Shown: positions 38,500-52,792 of the stretch, piece by piece
Numbering within the stretch: the stretch's first letter is position 1
Layout of the letters: each line of letters opens with the position of its first letter
Assembly (NCBI GenBank): GCA_964016885.1
Contig: OZ024742.1
Location: 369,024,001 to 369,088,000 of the forward strand
Source: Eledone cirrhosa
Taxonomy: Eukaryota
Reading direction: 5' to 3'
DNA: 64,000 nucleotides
Made by a program: the position numbers and the translations under genes
Notes under the pieces: model-generated
The model's database searches: none
The model's input: only the letters and a program-made list of their open reading frames with translations
What the model was told of the DNA's origin: nothing

Positions 38500-41400
38500 G
38501 GGACTTGAGATGAGAGGTAATTACAGGGGAGAGAGAGGGCAGAGAAAAGGGTTAATCTTATCTGTGCAGGATCAAGCAATAAAAACAAGATACAGCAGAA
38601 AGAAAGAAGACATCTTAGCTAGACAGAAAGGGAATAACAGTGACACTGTGGGACAGAAAGGGAATGACAGTGACACTGTGGGACAGAAAGGGAATGACAG
38701 TGACACTGTGGGACAGAAAGGGAATAACAGTGACACTGTGGGACAGAAAGGGAATGACAGTGACACTGTGGGACAGAAAGGGAATGACAGTGACACTGTG
38801 GGACAGAAAGGGAATAACAGTGACACTGAGTGACAGAAAGGGAATGACAGTGACACTGTGGGACAGAAAGGGAATAACAGTGACACTGTGGGACAGAAAG
38901 GGAATGACAGTGACACTGTGGGACAGAAAGGGAATAACAGTGACACTGTGGGACAGAAAGGGAATAACAGTGACACTGAGTGACAGAAAGGGAATAACAG
39001 TGACACTGTGGGACAGAAAGGGAATGACAGTGACACTGTGGGACAGAAAGGGAATAACAGTGACACTGTGGGACAGAAAGGGAATGACAGTGACACTGTG
39101 GGACAGAAAGGGAATAACAGTGACACTGTGGGACAGAAAGGGAATGACAGTGACACTGTGGGACAGAAAGGGAATGACAGTGATTGTGACAGAAAGGGAA
39201 TGACAGTGACTGTGACAGAAAGGAAATGACAGTGACGGTGACAGAAAGGGAATGACAGTGACGGTGACAGAAAGGGAATGACAGTGACTGTGACAGAAAG
39301 GGAATGACAGTGACGGTGACAGAAAGGGAATGACAGTGACGGTGACAGAAAGGGAATGACAGTGACACTGTGGGACAGAAAGGGAATGACAGTGACTGTG
39401 ACAGAAAGGGAATGACAGTGACTGTGACAGAAAGGAAATGACAGTGACTGTGACAGAAAGGGAATGACAGTGACTGTGACAGAAAGGGAATGATAGTGAC
39501 GGTGACAGAAAGGGAATGACAGTGACGGTGACAGAAAGGGAATGACAGTGACTGTGACAGAAAGGGAATGACAGTGACTGTGACAGAAAGGGAATGACAG
39601 TGACTGTGACAGAAAGGGAATGACAGTGACTGTGACAGAAAGGGAATGACAGTGACTGAGACAGAAAGGGAATGACAGTGACTGTGACAGAAAGGGAATG
39701 ACAGTGACTGAGACAGAAAGGGAATGACAGTGACTGTGACAGAAAGGGAATGACAGTGACTGAGACAGAAAGGGAATGACAGTGACTGTGACAGAAAGGG
39801 AATGACAGTGACTGAGACAGAAAGGGAATGACAGTGACTGTGACAGAAAGGGAATAACAGTGACACTGAGTGACAGAAAGGGAATGACAGTGACACTGTG
39901 GGACAGAAAGGGAATGACAGTGATTGTGACAGAAAGGGAATGACAGTGACTGTGACAGAAAGGAAATGACAGTGACTGTGACAGAAAGGGAATGACAGTG
40001 ACTGTGACAGAAAGGGAATGACAGTGACGGTGACAGAAAGGGAATGACAGTGACGGTGACAGAAAGGGAATGACAGTGACTGTGACAGAAAGGGAATGAC
40101 AGTGACTGTGACAGAAAGGGAATGACAGTGACTGTGACAGAAAGGGAATGACAGTGACTGAGACAGAAAGGGAATGACAGTGACTGTGACAGAAAGGGAA
40201 TGACAGTGACTGAGACAGAAAGGGAATGACAGTGACTGTGACAGAAAGGGAATGACAGTGACTGTGACAGAAAGGGAATGACAGTGACTGAGACAGAAAG
40301 GGAATGACAGTGACTGTGACAGAAAGGGAATGACAGTGACTGAGACAGAAAGGGAATGACAGTGACTGTGACAGAAAGGGAATGACAGTGACTGTAACAG
40401 AAAGGGAATGACAGTGACTATGACAGAAAGGGAATGACAGTGACTGTGACAGAAAGGGAATGGCAGTGACTGTGACAGAAAGGGAATGGCAGTGACTGTG
40501 ACAGAAAGGGAATGACAGTGACTGTGACAGAAAGGGAATGACAGTGACTGTGACAGAAAGGGAATGACAGTGACTGTGACAGAAAGGGAATGACAGTGAC
40601 TGTGACAGAAAGGGAATGACAGTGACTGAGACAGAAAGGGAATGACAGTGACTGTGACAGAAAGGGAATGACAGTGACTGAGACAGAAAGGGAATGACAG
40701 TGACTGAGACAGAAAGGGAATGACAGTGACTGTGACAGAAAGGGAATGACAGTGACTGATACAGAAAGGGAATGACAGTGACTGTGACAGAAAGGGAATG
40801 ACAGTGACTGTGACAGAAAGGGAATGACAGTGACTGTGACAGAAAGGGAATGACAGTGACTGAGACAGAAAGGGAATGACAGTGACTGTGACAGAAAGGG
40901 AATGACAGTGACTGTGACAGAAAGGGAATGACACTGACTGAGACAGAAAGGAAATGACAGTGACTGTGACAGAAAGGAAATGACACTTACACTGTACCAG
41001 AAAGGGAATGACAGTGACTGTGACAGAAAGGGAATGGCAGTGACACTGTGTGACAGAAAGGAAATAACAGTGACTGTGACAGAAAGGGAATGACAGTGAC
41101 GGTGACAGAAAGGGAATGACAGTGACTGTGACAGAAAGGGAATGACAGTGACTGTGACAGAAAGGAAATGACAGTGACTGTAATAGAAAGGGAATGACAG
41201 TGACTGAGACAGAAAGGAAATGACAGTGACTGAGACAGAAAGGGAATGACAGTGACTGTGACAGAAAGGTAATGACAGTGACTGTGACAGAAAGGGAATG
41301 ACAGTGACTGTAATAGAAAGGGAATGACAGTGACTGAGACAGAAAGGAAATGACAGTGACTGTGACAGAAAGGGAATGACAGTGACTGAGACAGAAAGGA

Positions 41401-44400
41401 AATGACAGTGACTGTGACAGAAAGGGAGTGACAGTGACAGTGACAGAAAAGGAATGACAGTGACTGTGACAGAAAGGGAATGACAGTGACTGTGACAGAA
41501 AGGGAATGACAGTGACTGACAGAAAAGAAATGACAGTGACTGTGACAGAAAGGGAATGACAGTGACTGTGACAGAAAGGAAATGACAGTGACTGTGACAG
41601 AAAGGGAATGACAGTGACTGTGACAGAAAGGGAATGACAGTGACTGACAGAAAAGAAATGACAGTGACTGTGACAGAAAGGGAATGACAGTGACTGTGAC
41701 AGAAAGGAAATGACAATGACAGAAAGGGAATGACAGTGACTGTGACAGAAAGGAAATGACACTGACTGTGACAGAAAGGGAATGACAGTGACTGTGACAG
41801 AAAGGGAATGACAGTGACTGTGACAGAAAGGAAATGACAATGACAGAAAGGGAATGACAGTGACTGTGACAGAAAGGGAATGACAGTGACTGACAGAAAA
41901 GAAATGACAGTGACTGTGACAGAAAGGAAATGACAATGACTGTGACAGAAAGGAAATGACAATGACAGAAAGGGAATGACAGTGACTATGACAGAAAGGG
42001 AATGACAGTGACTGTGACAGAAAGGGAATGACAGTGACTGTGACAGAAAGGGAATGACAGTGACTGTGACAGAAAGGGAATGACAGTGACTGTGACAGAA
42101 AGGGAATGACAGTGACTGTGACAGAAAGGAAATGACAGTGACTGTGACAGAAAGGGAATGACAGTGACTGTGACAGAAAGGGAATGACTGACTGTGACAG
42201 AAAGGGAATGACAGTGACTGTGACAGAAAGGGAATGACAGTGACTGTGACAGAAAGGAAATGACAGTGACTGTGACAGAAAGGGAATGACAGTGACTGTG
42301 ACAGAAAGGGAATGACAGTGACTGTGACAGAAAGGGAATGACTGACTGTGACAGAAAGGAAATGACAGTGACTGTGACAGAAAGGAAATGACAGTGACTG
42401 TGACAGAAAGGGAATGACAGTGACTGTGACAAAGGAAATGACAGTGACTGTGACAGAAAGGGAATGACAGTGACTGTGGCAGAAAGGGAATGACAGTGAC
42501 TGTGACAGAAAGGGAATGAAAGTGACTGAGACAGAAAGGGAATGACAGTGACTGAGACAGAAAGGGAATGACAGTGACTGTGACAGAAAGGGAATGACAG
42601 TGACTGTGACAAAGGAAATGACAGTGACTGTGATAGAAAGGGAATGACAGTGACTGTGGCAGAAAGGGAATGACAGTGACTGTGACAGAAAGGGAATGAC
42701 AGTGACTGAGACAGAAAGGGAATGACAGTGACTGAGACAGAAAGGGAATGACAGTGACTGTGACAGAAAGGGAATGACAGTGACTGTGACAGAAAGGGAA
42801 TGACAGTGACTGTGACAGAAAGTGAATAACAGTGACTGTGACAGAAAGGGAATAACAGTGACTGTGACAGAAAGGGAATAACAGTGACTGTGACAGAAAG
42901 GGAATAACAGTGACTGTGACAGAAAGGGAATAACAGTGACAGACAGAAAGGGAATGACAGTGACAGAAAGGGAATGACAGTGACAGAAAGGAAATGACAG
43001 TGACTGTGACAGAAAGGGAATGACAGTGACTGTGACAGAAAGGGAATGACAGTGACTGTGACAGAAAGGGAATGACAGTGACTGTGACAGAAAGGAAATG
43101 ACAGTGACTGTGACAGAAAGGGAATGACAGTGACTGAGACAGAAAGGGAATGACAGTGACTGAGACAGAAAGGGAATGACAGTGACTCTGACAGAAAGGG
43201 AATGACAGTGACTAAGACAGAAAGGGAATGACAGTGACTGAGACAGAAAGGGAATGACAGTGACTGTGACAGAAAGGGAATGACAGTGACTGTGACAGAA
43301 AGGGAATGACAGTGACTCTGACAGAAAGGGAATGACAGTGACTAAGACAGAAAGGGAATGACAGTGACTGTGACAGAAAGGGAATGACAGTGACGGTGAC
43401 AGAAAGGGAATGACAGTGACTGTGACAGAAAGGGAATGACAGTGACTGTGACAGAAAGGGAATGACAGTGACTGTGACAGAAAGGGAATGACAGTGACTG
43501 AGACAGAAAGGGAATGACAGTGACTGTGACAGAAAGGGAATGACAGTGACTGACAGAAAGGGAATGACAGTGACTGTGACAGAAAGGGAATGACAGTGAC
43601 TGTGACAGAAAGGGAATAACAGTGACTGTGACAGAAAGGGAATAACAGTGACTGAGACAGAAAGGGAATGACAGTGACAGAAAGGGAATGACAGTGACAG
43701 AAAGGAAATGACAGTGACTGTGACAGAAAGGGAATGACAGTGACTGTGACAGAAAGGGAATGACAGTGACTGAGACAGAAAGGAAATGACAGTGACTGTG
43801 ACAGAAAGGGAATGACAGTGACGGTGACAGAAAGGAAATGACAATGACTGTGACAAAGGAAATGACAGTGACTGTGACAGAAAGGAAATGACTGACTGTG
43901 ACAGAAAGAAAATGACAGTGACTGTGACAGAAAGGAAATGACTGACTGTGACAGAAAGGAAATGACAGTTACACTGTAACAGAAAGGGAATGACAGTGAC
44001 TGTGACAGAAACGGAACGACAGTGACACTGTGACAGAAAGGAAATAACAGTGACTGTGACAGAAAGGGAATGACAGTGACTGTGACAGAAAGGGAATGAC
44101 AGTGACTGTGACAAAGGGAATGACAGTGACTGACAGAAAGGGTATGACAGTGACTGTGACAGAAAGGGAATGACAGTGACGGTGACAGAAAGGGAATGAC
44201 AGTGACGGTGACAGAAAGGGTATGACAGTGACTTTGACAGAAAGGGAATGACAGTGACTGTGACAAAGGGAGTGACTGTGACAGAAAGGGAATGACAGTG
44301 ACTTCGACAGAAAGGGAATGACAGTGACTGTGACAGAAAGGGAATGACAGTGACTGTGACAGAAAGGGAATGATAGTCACTGTGACAGAAAGGGAATGAC

Positions 44401-44933
44401 AGTGATAATTGTGACAGAAAGGGAATGACAGTGACTGTGACAGAAAGGGAATGACAGTGACTGTGACAGAAAGGGAATGACAGTGACTGTGACAGAAAGG
44501 GAATGACAGTGACTGAGACAGAAAGGAAATGACAGTGACTGTGACAGAAAGGGATCGACAGTGACTGTGTCAAAGGAAACGGCAGTGGCACTGTGACAAA
44601 GGAAATGACAGTGACACTGTGACAGAAAGGAAATGACAGTGACACTGTGACAGAAAGGGAACGATGGTGACTGCGACAGAAAGAGAATGACGGTGACACT
44701 GTGTGACAGAAAGGGAACGATATTGACCGTGACAGAAAGGAAATGACAGTGACACTGTGTGACAGAAAGAAATCGAGAGTGACACATGTAATGTAAGAAT
44801 GTGAAATCTATGCTGTAAACAATTCTAAGAACTGAAGACAACATTTGCTACAATCCGACATTGGAAAATTTGTAAAATGTTGAGTGAAAGAGTGATTATA
44901 CTGGGAACCAGAAAGTGCTTGCTCTTTATGGGA
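38500..44933 (+). pseudogene. R4/Dong-like (restriction-endonuclease-type) non-LTR retrotransposon C-terminal remnant split by a 6-kb satellite
   Basis: Left of the array: GLILSVQDQAIKTRYS (cf. EGLIxAAQDQAL.T). Right of the array: VTHVM*EC, then ATIRHWKICK, EPES and LWD (cf. ETVTHIVSEC...HWKLC...PE.V...ILWD). The consensus is from recall. Confidence 0.6.
38622..44775. repeat. 30-bp then 26-bp tandem repeat (GACAGAAAGGGAATGACAGTGAC(AC)TGT(GG)), ~230 copies
   Basis: Read directly. The unit is 30 bp up to ~39180 and mostly 26 bp afterwards, and is increasingly degenerate toward 44775. Confidence 0.97.
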
Positions 44934-45590
44934 CATCATCACCATTTTTACATGTGTTTTTTCTACACTTGCATGGGTTGGACAGGTCCTTTTCAGCACC
45001 GCATCTCTTCACTCACTGAATTCCTTCACCATCTCTGTGAATCTAAGTGATTTAAGATCAGTTCTTACCACCTTTGCCCAGGTCTTCCTTGGTCTACCTC
45101 TACTGCAGTTTCCCTCCACTGGGATTTCCTGGCATTTCTTCACCCAACGATTATCATCCATGTGCATCAGATGTCCATACCAATGCAATCTTCTCTCCTG
45201 CACACCACTTTGGATGCCTTTTAAACCCAATATCTCCCTCAGTTTATCCAAGCTCTGCCTTTCTCTCACATTTACATTGCATATCCAACAAAACATGGTT
45301 GCTTTATTTCTCTCCAGTCTACACATGTCTTCTGCAGTCATAGCCCATGTTTCACTACCATGTAGCACCACATGTCCTCTAGTTATTACCCATGTTTCTC
45401 TACCATGTAGCACATGTCCTCTGCAGTCACTACCCATGTGTCTATCATGTAGCACCACATTCCTCTGTAGTCACTGCCCATGTTTCACTATCATGTAGCA
45501 CCACATGTCCTCTGTAGTCACTGCCCATATTTCACTACCATGCAGCATCACACTTCACATACAGATGTCATACAGTTGTCCTTTTCTATG
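44934..45590 (-). mobile_element. Degenerate RTE-BovB-like 3' fragment with an internal ~37-bp tandem amplification (45340-45545)
   Basis: LHGSETWAMTAEDMCRLERN...QERRLHWYGHLMHM...GRPRKTW, then a degenerate (GAT)n tail. The LHGSETW segment repeats about 5-6 times. Confidence 0.9.
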
Positions 45591-46053
45591 CCAGGAACAA
45601 CCCTTGCTTGAAACAGACAATGGAATATTTACAGCCAGATATAGTTATACTTAAGTTGAAAGACTATATTGACTAATAAATGTTTATTTTTGATACAAGG
45701 ATGGAAGATAAAAAATGAAAGAAAATAAAAATAAAAAAAACTACAACACCCAACATGGAAAGGCAGATATGGTGAAGATGAATAGGAAAATGATGTAAGT
45801 ATAGAAATGAGTGAGCATTAGAGGTAAATAAGTTAATGATAATAGAAGAGAAATGTCATAATTTGTAATATTATTGTGAAAGTGAAAGAGAAGTTGTCTG
45901 TGTGAAGAAGCAATAGTCTACAGATGAATGTAGAGAAATGATACTGAAATAACAAGAGATCAAGATAAATTTAATTTGATTGAAATCCATTAATTATTAC
46001 ACGTTCTTTTTAAACCAGATCTAAAGACATCATGAAAATATCTAAACAACCTA

Positions 46054-46425
46054 CAACAGAAACATGTGGCTTCTTATCAAATTACCAACAGAAGCATGTG
46101 GCTTCTTATCAAATTACCAACGGAAGCATGTGGCTTATCAAATTACCAACAGAAACATGTGGCTTCTTATCAAATTACCAATGGGAGCATGTGGCTTATC
46201 AAATTACCTACAGAAACATGTGGCTTATCAAATTACCAACGGAAGCATGTGGCTTATCAAATTACCAACAGAAACATGTGGCTTCTTATCAAATTACCAA
46301 TGGGAGCATGTGGCTTATCAAATTACCAACAGAAACATGTGGCTTATCAAATTACCAACTGAAACATGTGGCTTCTTATCAAATTACCAACAGAAACATG
46401 TGGCTTCTTATCAAATTACCAACAA
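46054..46425. repeat. 29/32-bp tandem repeat (~12 copies)
   Basis: Unit CAACAGAAACATGTGGCTT(CTT)ATCAAATTAC. Confidence 0.95.
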
Positions 46426-47052
46426 CAAACACATTACCCCTTCCCTGTTAATGTTTATCTATTCAAAGCTATGTCTATGTGAGGAGCTACATGGAAAGTC
46501 TTATCTTGAGGATTGGGAACAAGAAACTGACCAGCAATAAATGGTACACCTCTCTACTAAAACTTTATGATATAAAAACCACCTGAAACAGGTTCTATGA
46601 TATAAAACTGTTTAATTTAATGTTTTTATATTTATCTAGAACCTTCCATCATAATGTTATGTTAGAAAGAACCTTTGTTAAGTTATGTTCCAAACACCAA
46701 CAGTGTCTTTCATTAGAAATATAATATTGAAAGAGTTAAAGTTTATATTTACCTAAAAAAAAACCTTCCATCATGATCTTACATTAGAAAGAACCTTTAA
46801 GTTGTGTTCCAAACCACAGTTTAATAATGACAAAATCCTGCCAAAATCTCAATTATTTGAAAAACACAGGCAGTGTCTTTCATTAGAATTATCATAATGA
46901 AAGGGTTAATGTCATTGAGTATTTTTTGTGTCATTACAATTCCCACAAGTGTCAATCTATAATCACCGATATAGCATCTCTAGAATAAACCAGTCCACCT
47001 TACTCTACTAAGATCTACTAAAAGATGACCGGCAGCTATACATACCACATAT

Positions 47053-47268
47053 ATTTACCCTTTTACCAACCCAGCCGAAACCAGCTCTGGCTCTATGAAA
47101 TAAAGTCACCCATTTTAAATTAAAATCTTCTAACATAATTTTACATAAGAACCATATGTTAATTTACATTCTTAGTAATGAAATAATTTTAGTAAATCCC
47201 TCAAAATCCTTCCTTAATTAATTAAAATAAAGTGTATTTCATTAGAAATATGGTCATGACAGGGTTAA
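47053..47268. mobile_element. piggyBac-like MITE
   Basis: TTTACCCTTTTACCAACCC...AAATATGGTCATGACAGGGTTAA. Related ends lie at ~27622, ~30326 and ~46909. Confidence 0.55.
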
Positions 47269-48259
47269 AATCTATTTCAGTATTTTTATTCTTTCTTACT
47301 AATTTTTTAATTATTATTCTATATTTACTTTGTAAAGTTATTTTTTGTGTCTACATTTCAAATTGATTCTAAATTCACCAGATTTCAGTGTCAACCTAAC
47401 CATAGGTAAATGTAATATTTTTCTAACAAGATATTGAAAAGAGACAATGAAATTTACAGCAGTGTTAGCTGGCCTCCTCTGGGGTTACATTGCCAAAGAG
47501 GTGTCTTGGGTATTTTAACGATAGGGGCCTCGGTCTTATCATGAAAAGCAACATGAAATAGAAAGTCTTGCTCAAGAACAGAACATACTGCTCAGTACAG
47601 GAATTCAGCCTCCAAGCTTATGATCCACATGCCAGCTCATAAATCAGACCACACTACTGAAACAATATTTTAAATATATCACATGTAGTAAAGAGTGCAC
47701 TACGTGATCAGACATCATGTACATCATGAAAATATATTAGACTCACACTAAAATCTTTGTACCAAGTTAGGATTATATTATCAGACATCACACATTATAC
47801 AAAAGACAGTAGGATGTGGCTGGTGTGGTGAACATTGCCCTCGTCTGCTCTAGTTGAACAGATTACAGCAGTGAATTTAAACCTTAGTTCAAGTAATCTT
47901 GTGAAGGATCAGTTCCACAAGATTTAATCCATACTTGGTAGATAACATGAAGACATTCAGTAGAACTTAATGAGTAACAAGGACTCACCATCATAGATAC
48001 ACTTATACACACACAGATATTCTTATATACACACACACATATACAGACACACACACACCATCAGATATTCTTATACACACACACACACCATCACAGATAT
48101 ATACACAGTCACATACACAAGGACCCACCATCATAGATACACTTACACACACACAAGGACCCATCAACATCACAGACACACTTATACAGAGAGAGAGAGA
48201 GACAGAGACACACACACACAAACACTTATAAACACAGATATCATATAAAGATCAGAAGG

Positions 48260-48512
48260 TTTGTTAGACCAATGTTTATCCCAGTTTTGTGGTGCTAAGC
48301 ATCTGACAATATAAGACTCCCCTCTGGACAGGACACTAGTCCATCACAGGGTTAACCCCTCAGCTATTGCTGGTACTCATTTTCAGCTGAGTACACTGGA
48401 ACAAAGTGAAATTAAGTGCGTTGTTCAAGAGCAAAACATACAACCCAGTCCAGGAATAGAACCCACAACATTATGATCATAAGTCCAACACCCTAACCAC
48501 TAGGCCACACAC
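48260..48512 (-). mobile_element. tRNA-derived SINE (same family as 27725-28002)
   Basis: Minus strand TGGCCTAGTGG (A box) and GGTTCTATTCC (B box), with the shared body GACTCCCCTCTGGACAGGACACTAGTCCATCAC. Confidence 0.8.
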
Positions 48513-48784
48513 CTCTACTATATAAACATGTACATCATTAATATTTACTCAAACATGTCAAATCAGAATCTAGTTGTTTCTCAAAGAGGATAATATTAGA
48601 GTGGGAAGACATTTTATAAATCAAATGATGTATGAATTACTTATTCTTTTACTTATTTACTGGTTTCAATCATTAAACTGTGGCCATGCTTAGTCAACCA
48701 TATCAATCCCAGACAGGTGACCAAGTCTGGCTCATAAATTAAAAATGGAGCCTTCCCATCTCCATTGCTGAGGGATTGACACAT

Positions 48785-51700
48785 ATTGCTGTCAGAAACT
48801 CCTGTCACACCCCTCCACCACATGTTATTGTGTATCTGGCTCCACCTATATGGTACACATTACTGTCAGAAACTCCTGTCTCATCTCCTCCACATGTTAT
48901 TGTACATCTGGCACCAACTATCTGGTAGACATTACTGTCAGAAACTCCTGTCTCATCTCCTCCACATGTTATTGTACATCTGGCACCACCTATCTGGTAG
49001 ACATTACTGTCAGAAACTCCTGTCTCACCTCCTCCACATGTTATTGTATATCTGGCACCACCTATATGGTAGACATTACTGTCAGAAACTCCTGCCTCAT
49101 CTCCTCCACATGTTATTGTACATCTGGCACCACCTATATGGTACATATTACTGTCAGAAACTCCTGTCTCATCTCCTCCACATGTTATTGTACATCTGGC
49201 ACCACCTATATGGTACATATTACTGTCAGAAACTCCTGTCTCACCTCCTCCACATGTTATTGTACATCTGGCCCCACCTATATGGTAGACATTACTGTCA
49301 GAAACTCCTGTCTCATCTCCTCCACATGTTATTGTACATCTGGCACCACCGATATGGTAGACATTACTGTCAGAAACTCCTGTCTCACCTCCTCCACATG
49401 TCATTGTACATCTGGCACCACCTATATGGTAGACATTACTGTCAGAAACTCCTGTCTCATCTCCTCCACATGTTATTGTACATCTGGCACCACCTATATG
49501 GTACATATTACTGTCAGAAACTCCTGTCTCATCTCCTCCACATGTTATTGTACATCTGGCACCACCTATCTGGTAGACATTACTGTCAGAAACTCCTGTC
49601 TCATCTCCTCCACATGTTATTGTACATATTACTGTCAGAAACTCCTGTCTCATCTCCTCCACATGTTATTGTACATCTGGCACCACATATATGGTAGACA
49701 TTACTGTCAGAAACTCCTGTCTCACCTCCTCCACATGTTATTGTACATCTGGCACCACGTATATGGTAGACATTACTGTCAGAAACTCCTGTCACCTCCT
49801 CCACATGTTATTGTACATCTGGCACGACCTATATGGTACATATTACTGTCAGAAACTCCTGTCTCACCTCCTCCACATGTTATTGTACATCTGGCACCAC
49901 CTATATGGTAGACATTACTGTCAGAAACTCCTGTCTCACCTCCTCCACATGTTATTGTACATCTGGCACCACCTATATGGTACACATTACTGTCAGAAAC
50001 TCCTGTCTCACCTCCTCCACATGTTATTGTACATCTGGCACCACCTATATGGTACATATTACTGTCAGAAACTCCTGTCACCTCCTCCACGTGTTATTGT
50101 ACATCTGGCACCACCTATATGGTACACATTACTGTCAGAAACTCCTGTCTCACCTCCACATGTTATTGTACATCTGGCACCACCTATATGGTACATATTA
50201 CTGTCAGAAACTCCTGTCACCTCTTCCACATGTTATTGTACATCTGGCACCACCTATATGGTAGACATTACTGTCAGAAACTCCTGTCACCTCCTCCACA
50301 TGTTATTGTACATCTGGCACGACCTATATGGTACATATTACTGTCAGAAACTCCTGTCTCACCTCCTCCACATGTTATTGTACATCTGGCACCACCTATA
50401 TGGTACACATTACTGTCAGAAACTCCTGTCTCACCTCCTCCACATGTTATTGTACATCTGGCACCACCTATATGGTACATATTACTGTCAGAAACTCCTG
50501 TCACCTCCTCCACGTGTTATTGTACATCTGGCACCACCTATATGGTACACATTACTGTCAGAAACTCCTGTCTCACCTCCACATGTTATTGTACATCTGG
50601 CACCACCTATATGGTACATATTACTGTCAGAAACTCCTGTCACCTCTTCCACATGTTATTGTACATCTGGCACCACCTATATGGTACACATTACTGTCAG
50701 AAACTCCTGTCTCACCTCCTCCACATGTTATTGTACATCTGGCACCACCTGTATGGTACACATGACTGTCAGAAACTCCTGTCTCACCTCCTACACATGT
50801 TATTGTACATCTGGCACCACCTATATGGTAGACATTACTGTCAGAAACTCCTGTCTCACCTCCTCCACATGTTATTGTACATCTGGCACGACCTATATGG
50901 TACATATTACTGTCAGAAACTCCTGTCTCATCTCCTCCACATGTTATTGTACATCTGGCACCACCTATATGGTACACATTACTGTCAGAAACTCCTGTCT
51001 CACCTCCACCACATGTTATTGTACATCTGGCACCACCTATATGGTAGACATTACTGTCAGAAACTCCTGTCTCATCTCCTACACATGTTATTGTACATCT
51101 GGCACCACCTATATGGTACATATTACTGTCAGAAACTCCTGTCTCATCTCCTACACATGTTATTGTACATTTGGCACCACCTATATGGTAGACATTACTG
51201 TCAGAAACTCCTGTCTCATCTCCTACACATGTTATTGTACATTTGGCACCACCTATATGGTAGACATTACTGTCAGAAACTCCTGTCTCATCTCCTACAC
51301 ATGTTATTGTACATTTGGCACCACCCATATGGTACATATTACTGTCAGAAACTCCTGTCTCATCTCCTCCACATGTTATTGTACATCTGGCACCACCTAT
51401 ATGGTACACATTACTGTCAGAAACTCCTGTCTCACCTCCTCCACATGTTATTGTACATCTGGCACCACCTATATGGTACACATTACTGTCAGAAACTCCT
51501 GTCTCACCTCCTCCACATGTTATTGTACATCTGGCACCACCTGTATGGTACACATGACTGTCAGAAACTCCTGTCTCACCTCCTCCACATGTTATTGTAC
51601 ATCTGGCACCACCTATATGGTAGACATTACTGTCAGAAACTCCTGTCACCTCCTCCACATGTTATTGTACATCTGGCACCACCTATATGGTAGACATTAC

Positions 51701-51905
51701 TGTCAGAAACTCCTGTCTCATCTCCTACACATGTTATTCTACATCTGGCACCACCTATATGGTACATATTACTGTCAGAAACTCCTGTCTCACCTCCACC
51801 ACATGTTATTGTACATCTGGCACCACCTATATGGTACACATGACTGTCAGAAACTCCTGTCTCACCTCCACCACATGTTATTCTACATCTGGCACCACCT
51901 ATATG
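48785..51905. repeat. 72-bp tandem repeat (~43 copies)
   Basis: Unit TTACTGTCAGAAACTCCTGTCTCACCTCCTCCACATGTTATTGTACATCTGGCACCACCTATATGGTACACA. Period 72 (48861 vs 48933). Confidence 0.97.
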
Positions 51906-52261
51906 CCAATTTCTTTATAGTTTGTAGTTGGTTATCACTGCTTTCACACCAAAAGGGAACATAACAATTTTTTTTACGCTGAAGTGGGACATGGTGCATA
52001 AAAGGTTGGACCCGACTGCCTTAACTTGCTAGTAATCTCCATTTAATGATAGATACATGTATGGTTGTGTGGTTAAAGAGCTCACTTCACTACATTGAAA
52101 CATTGTACTCAAGAACACAATATGTCGACCCAGTGCATTAATCAAACCCATGAGTTTATAGACCTGAACCCAGTCCCCTAACCACTAGGCTACCTACCTC
52201 TCTATCAGAATGAGGTACAGTGAGATGAATCACAGGAAATACTGTAGGAAAACTATCAATA

Positions 52262-52293
<32 letters not shown>

Positions 52294-52362
52294 ACAGTAG
52301 TAGTAGTAGTAGTAGTAGTAGCAGTAGTAGTAGCAGTAGTAGTAGCAGTAGTAACAGTAGCA
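52262..52362. repeat. (GTA)n microsatellite
   Basis: Read directly. Confidence 0.95.
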
Positions 52363-52792
52363 GGTGAAGATGGTGGGGAAACACTAATAGGACAAGTTGA
52401 CAAAACATGTGAGAGAGAAAGTGAGACAGCTGCTTAAACATGGCAGAAAATAGGTCAACTTACAATAGTTTCTCTAGACAACTTTATACAACTTCTGGCT
52501 ACAACAATGACTAATAGCAGAAATATGGAAATATACTGCTTCCAGCAGAATTTTAATTATCAAAATAATAATTGTAAAGTAATTAATATAATGAATATAT
52601 ATATATACACAAGCATATCTATCTCTCTATATATATACAAGCATATCTATCTCTCTCTATATATATATACAAGCATATCTATCTATATATATACAAACAT
52701 TATCTATATATATCTATATATATATATACAAGCATATCTATCTATATATATCTATATATATATATACAAGCATATTTATCTATATATATATA

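Noticed and set aside
38572-44844. 800-1300 aa SLSFPFCHSHCH ORFs resembling metal-binding proteins
   Set aside because: The 26-bp unit is open in all three minus frames and frames switch at indels. This is an artefact.
48786-51964. Cys-rich 24-aa repeat ORFs (CTITCGGG, resembling a thrombospondin type-1 CSVTCGGG motif)
   Set aside because: Frequent 2-nt indels break the frame, several frames are open on both strands, and the WxxW motif and remaining TSP1 cysteines are absent. The resemblance is probably coincidental.
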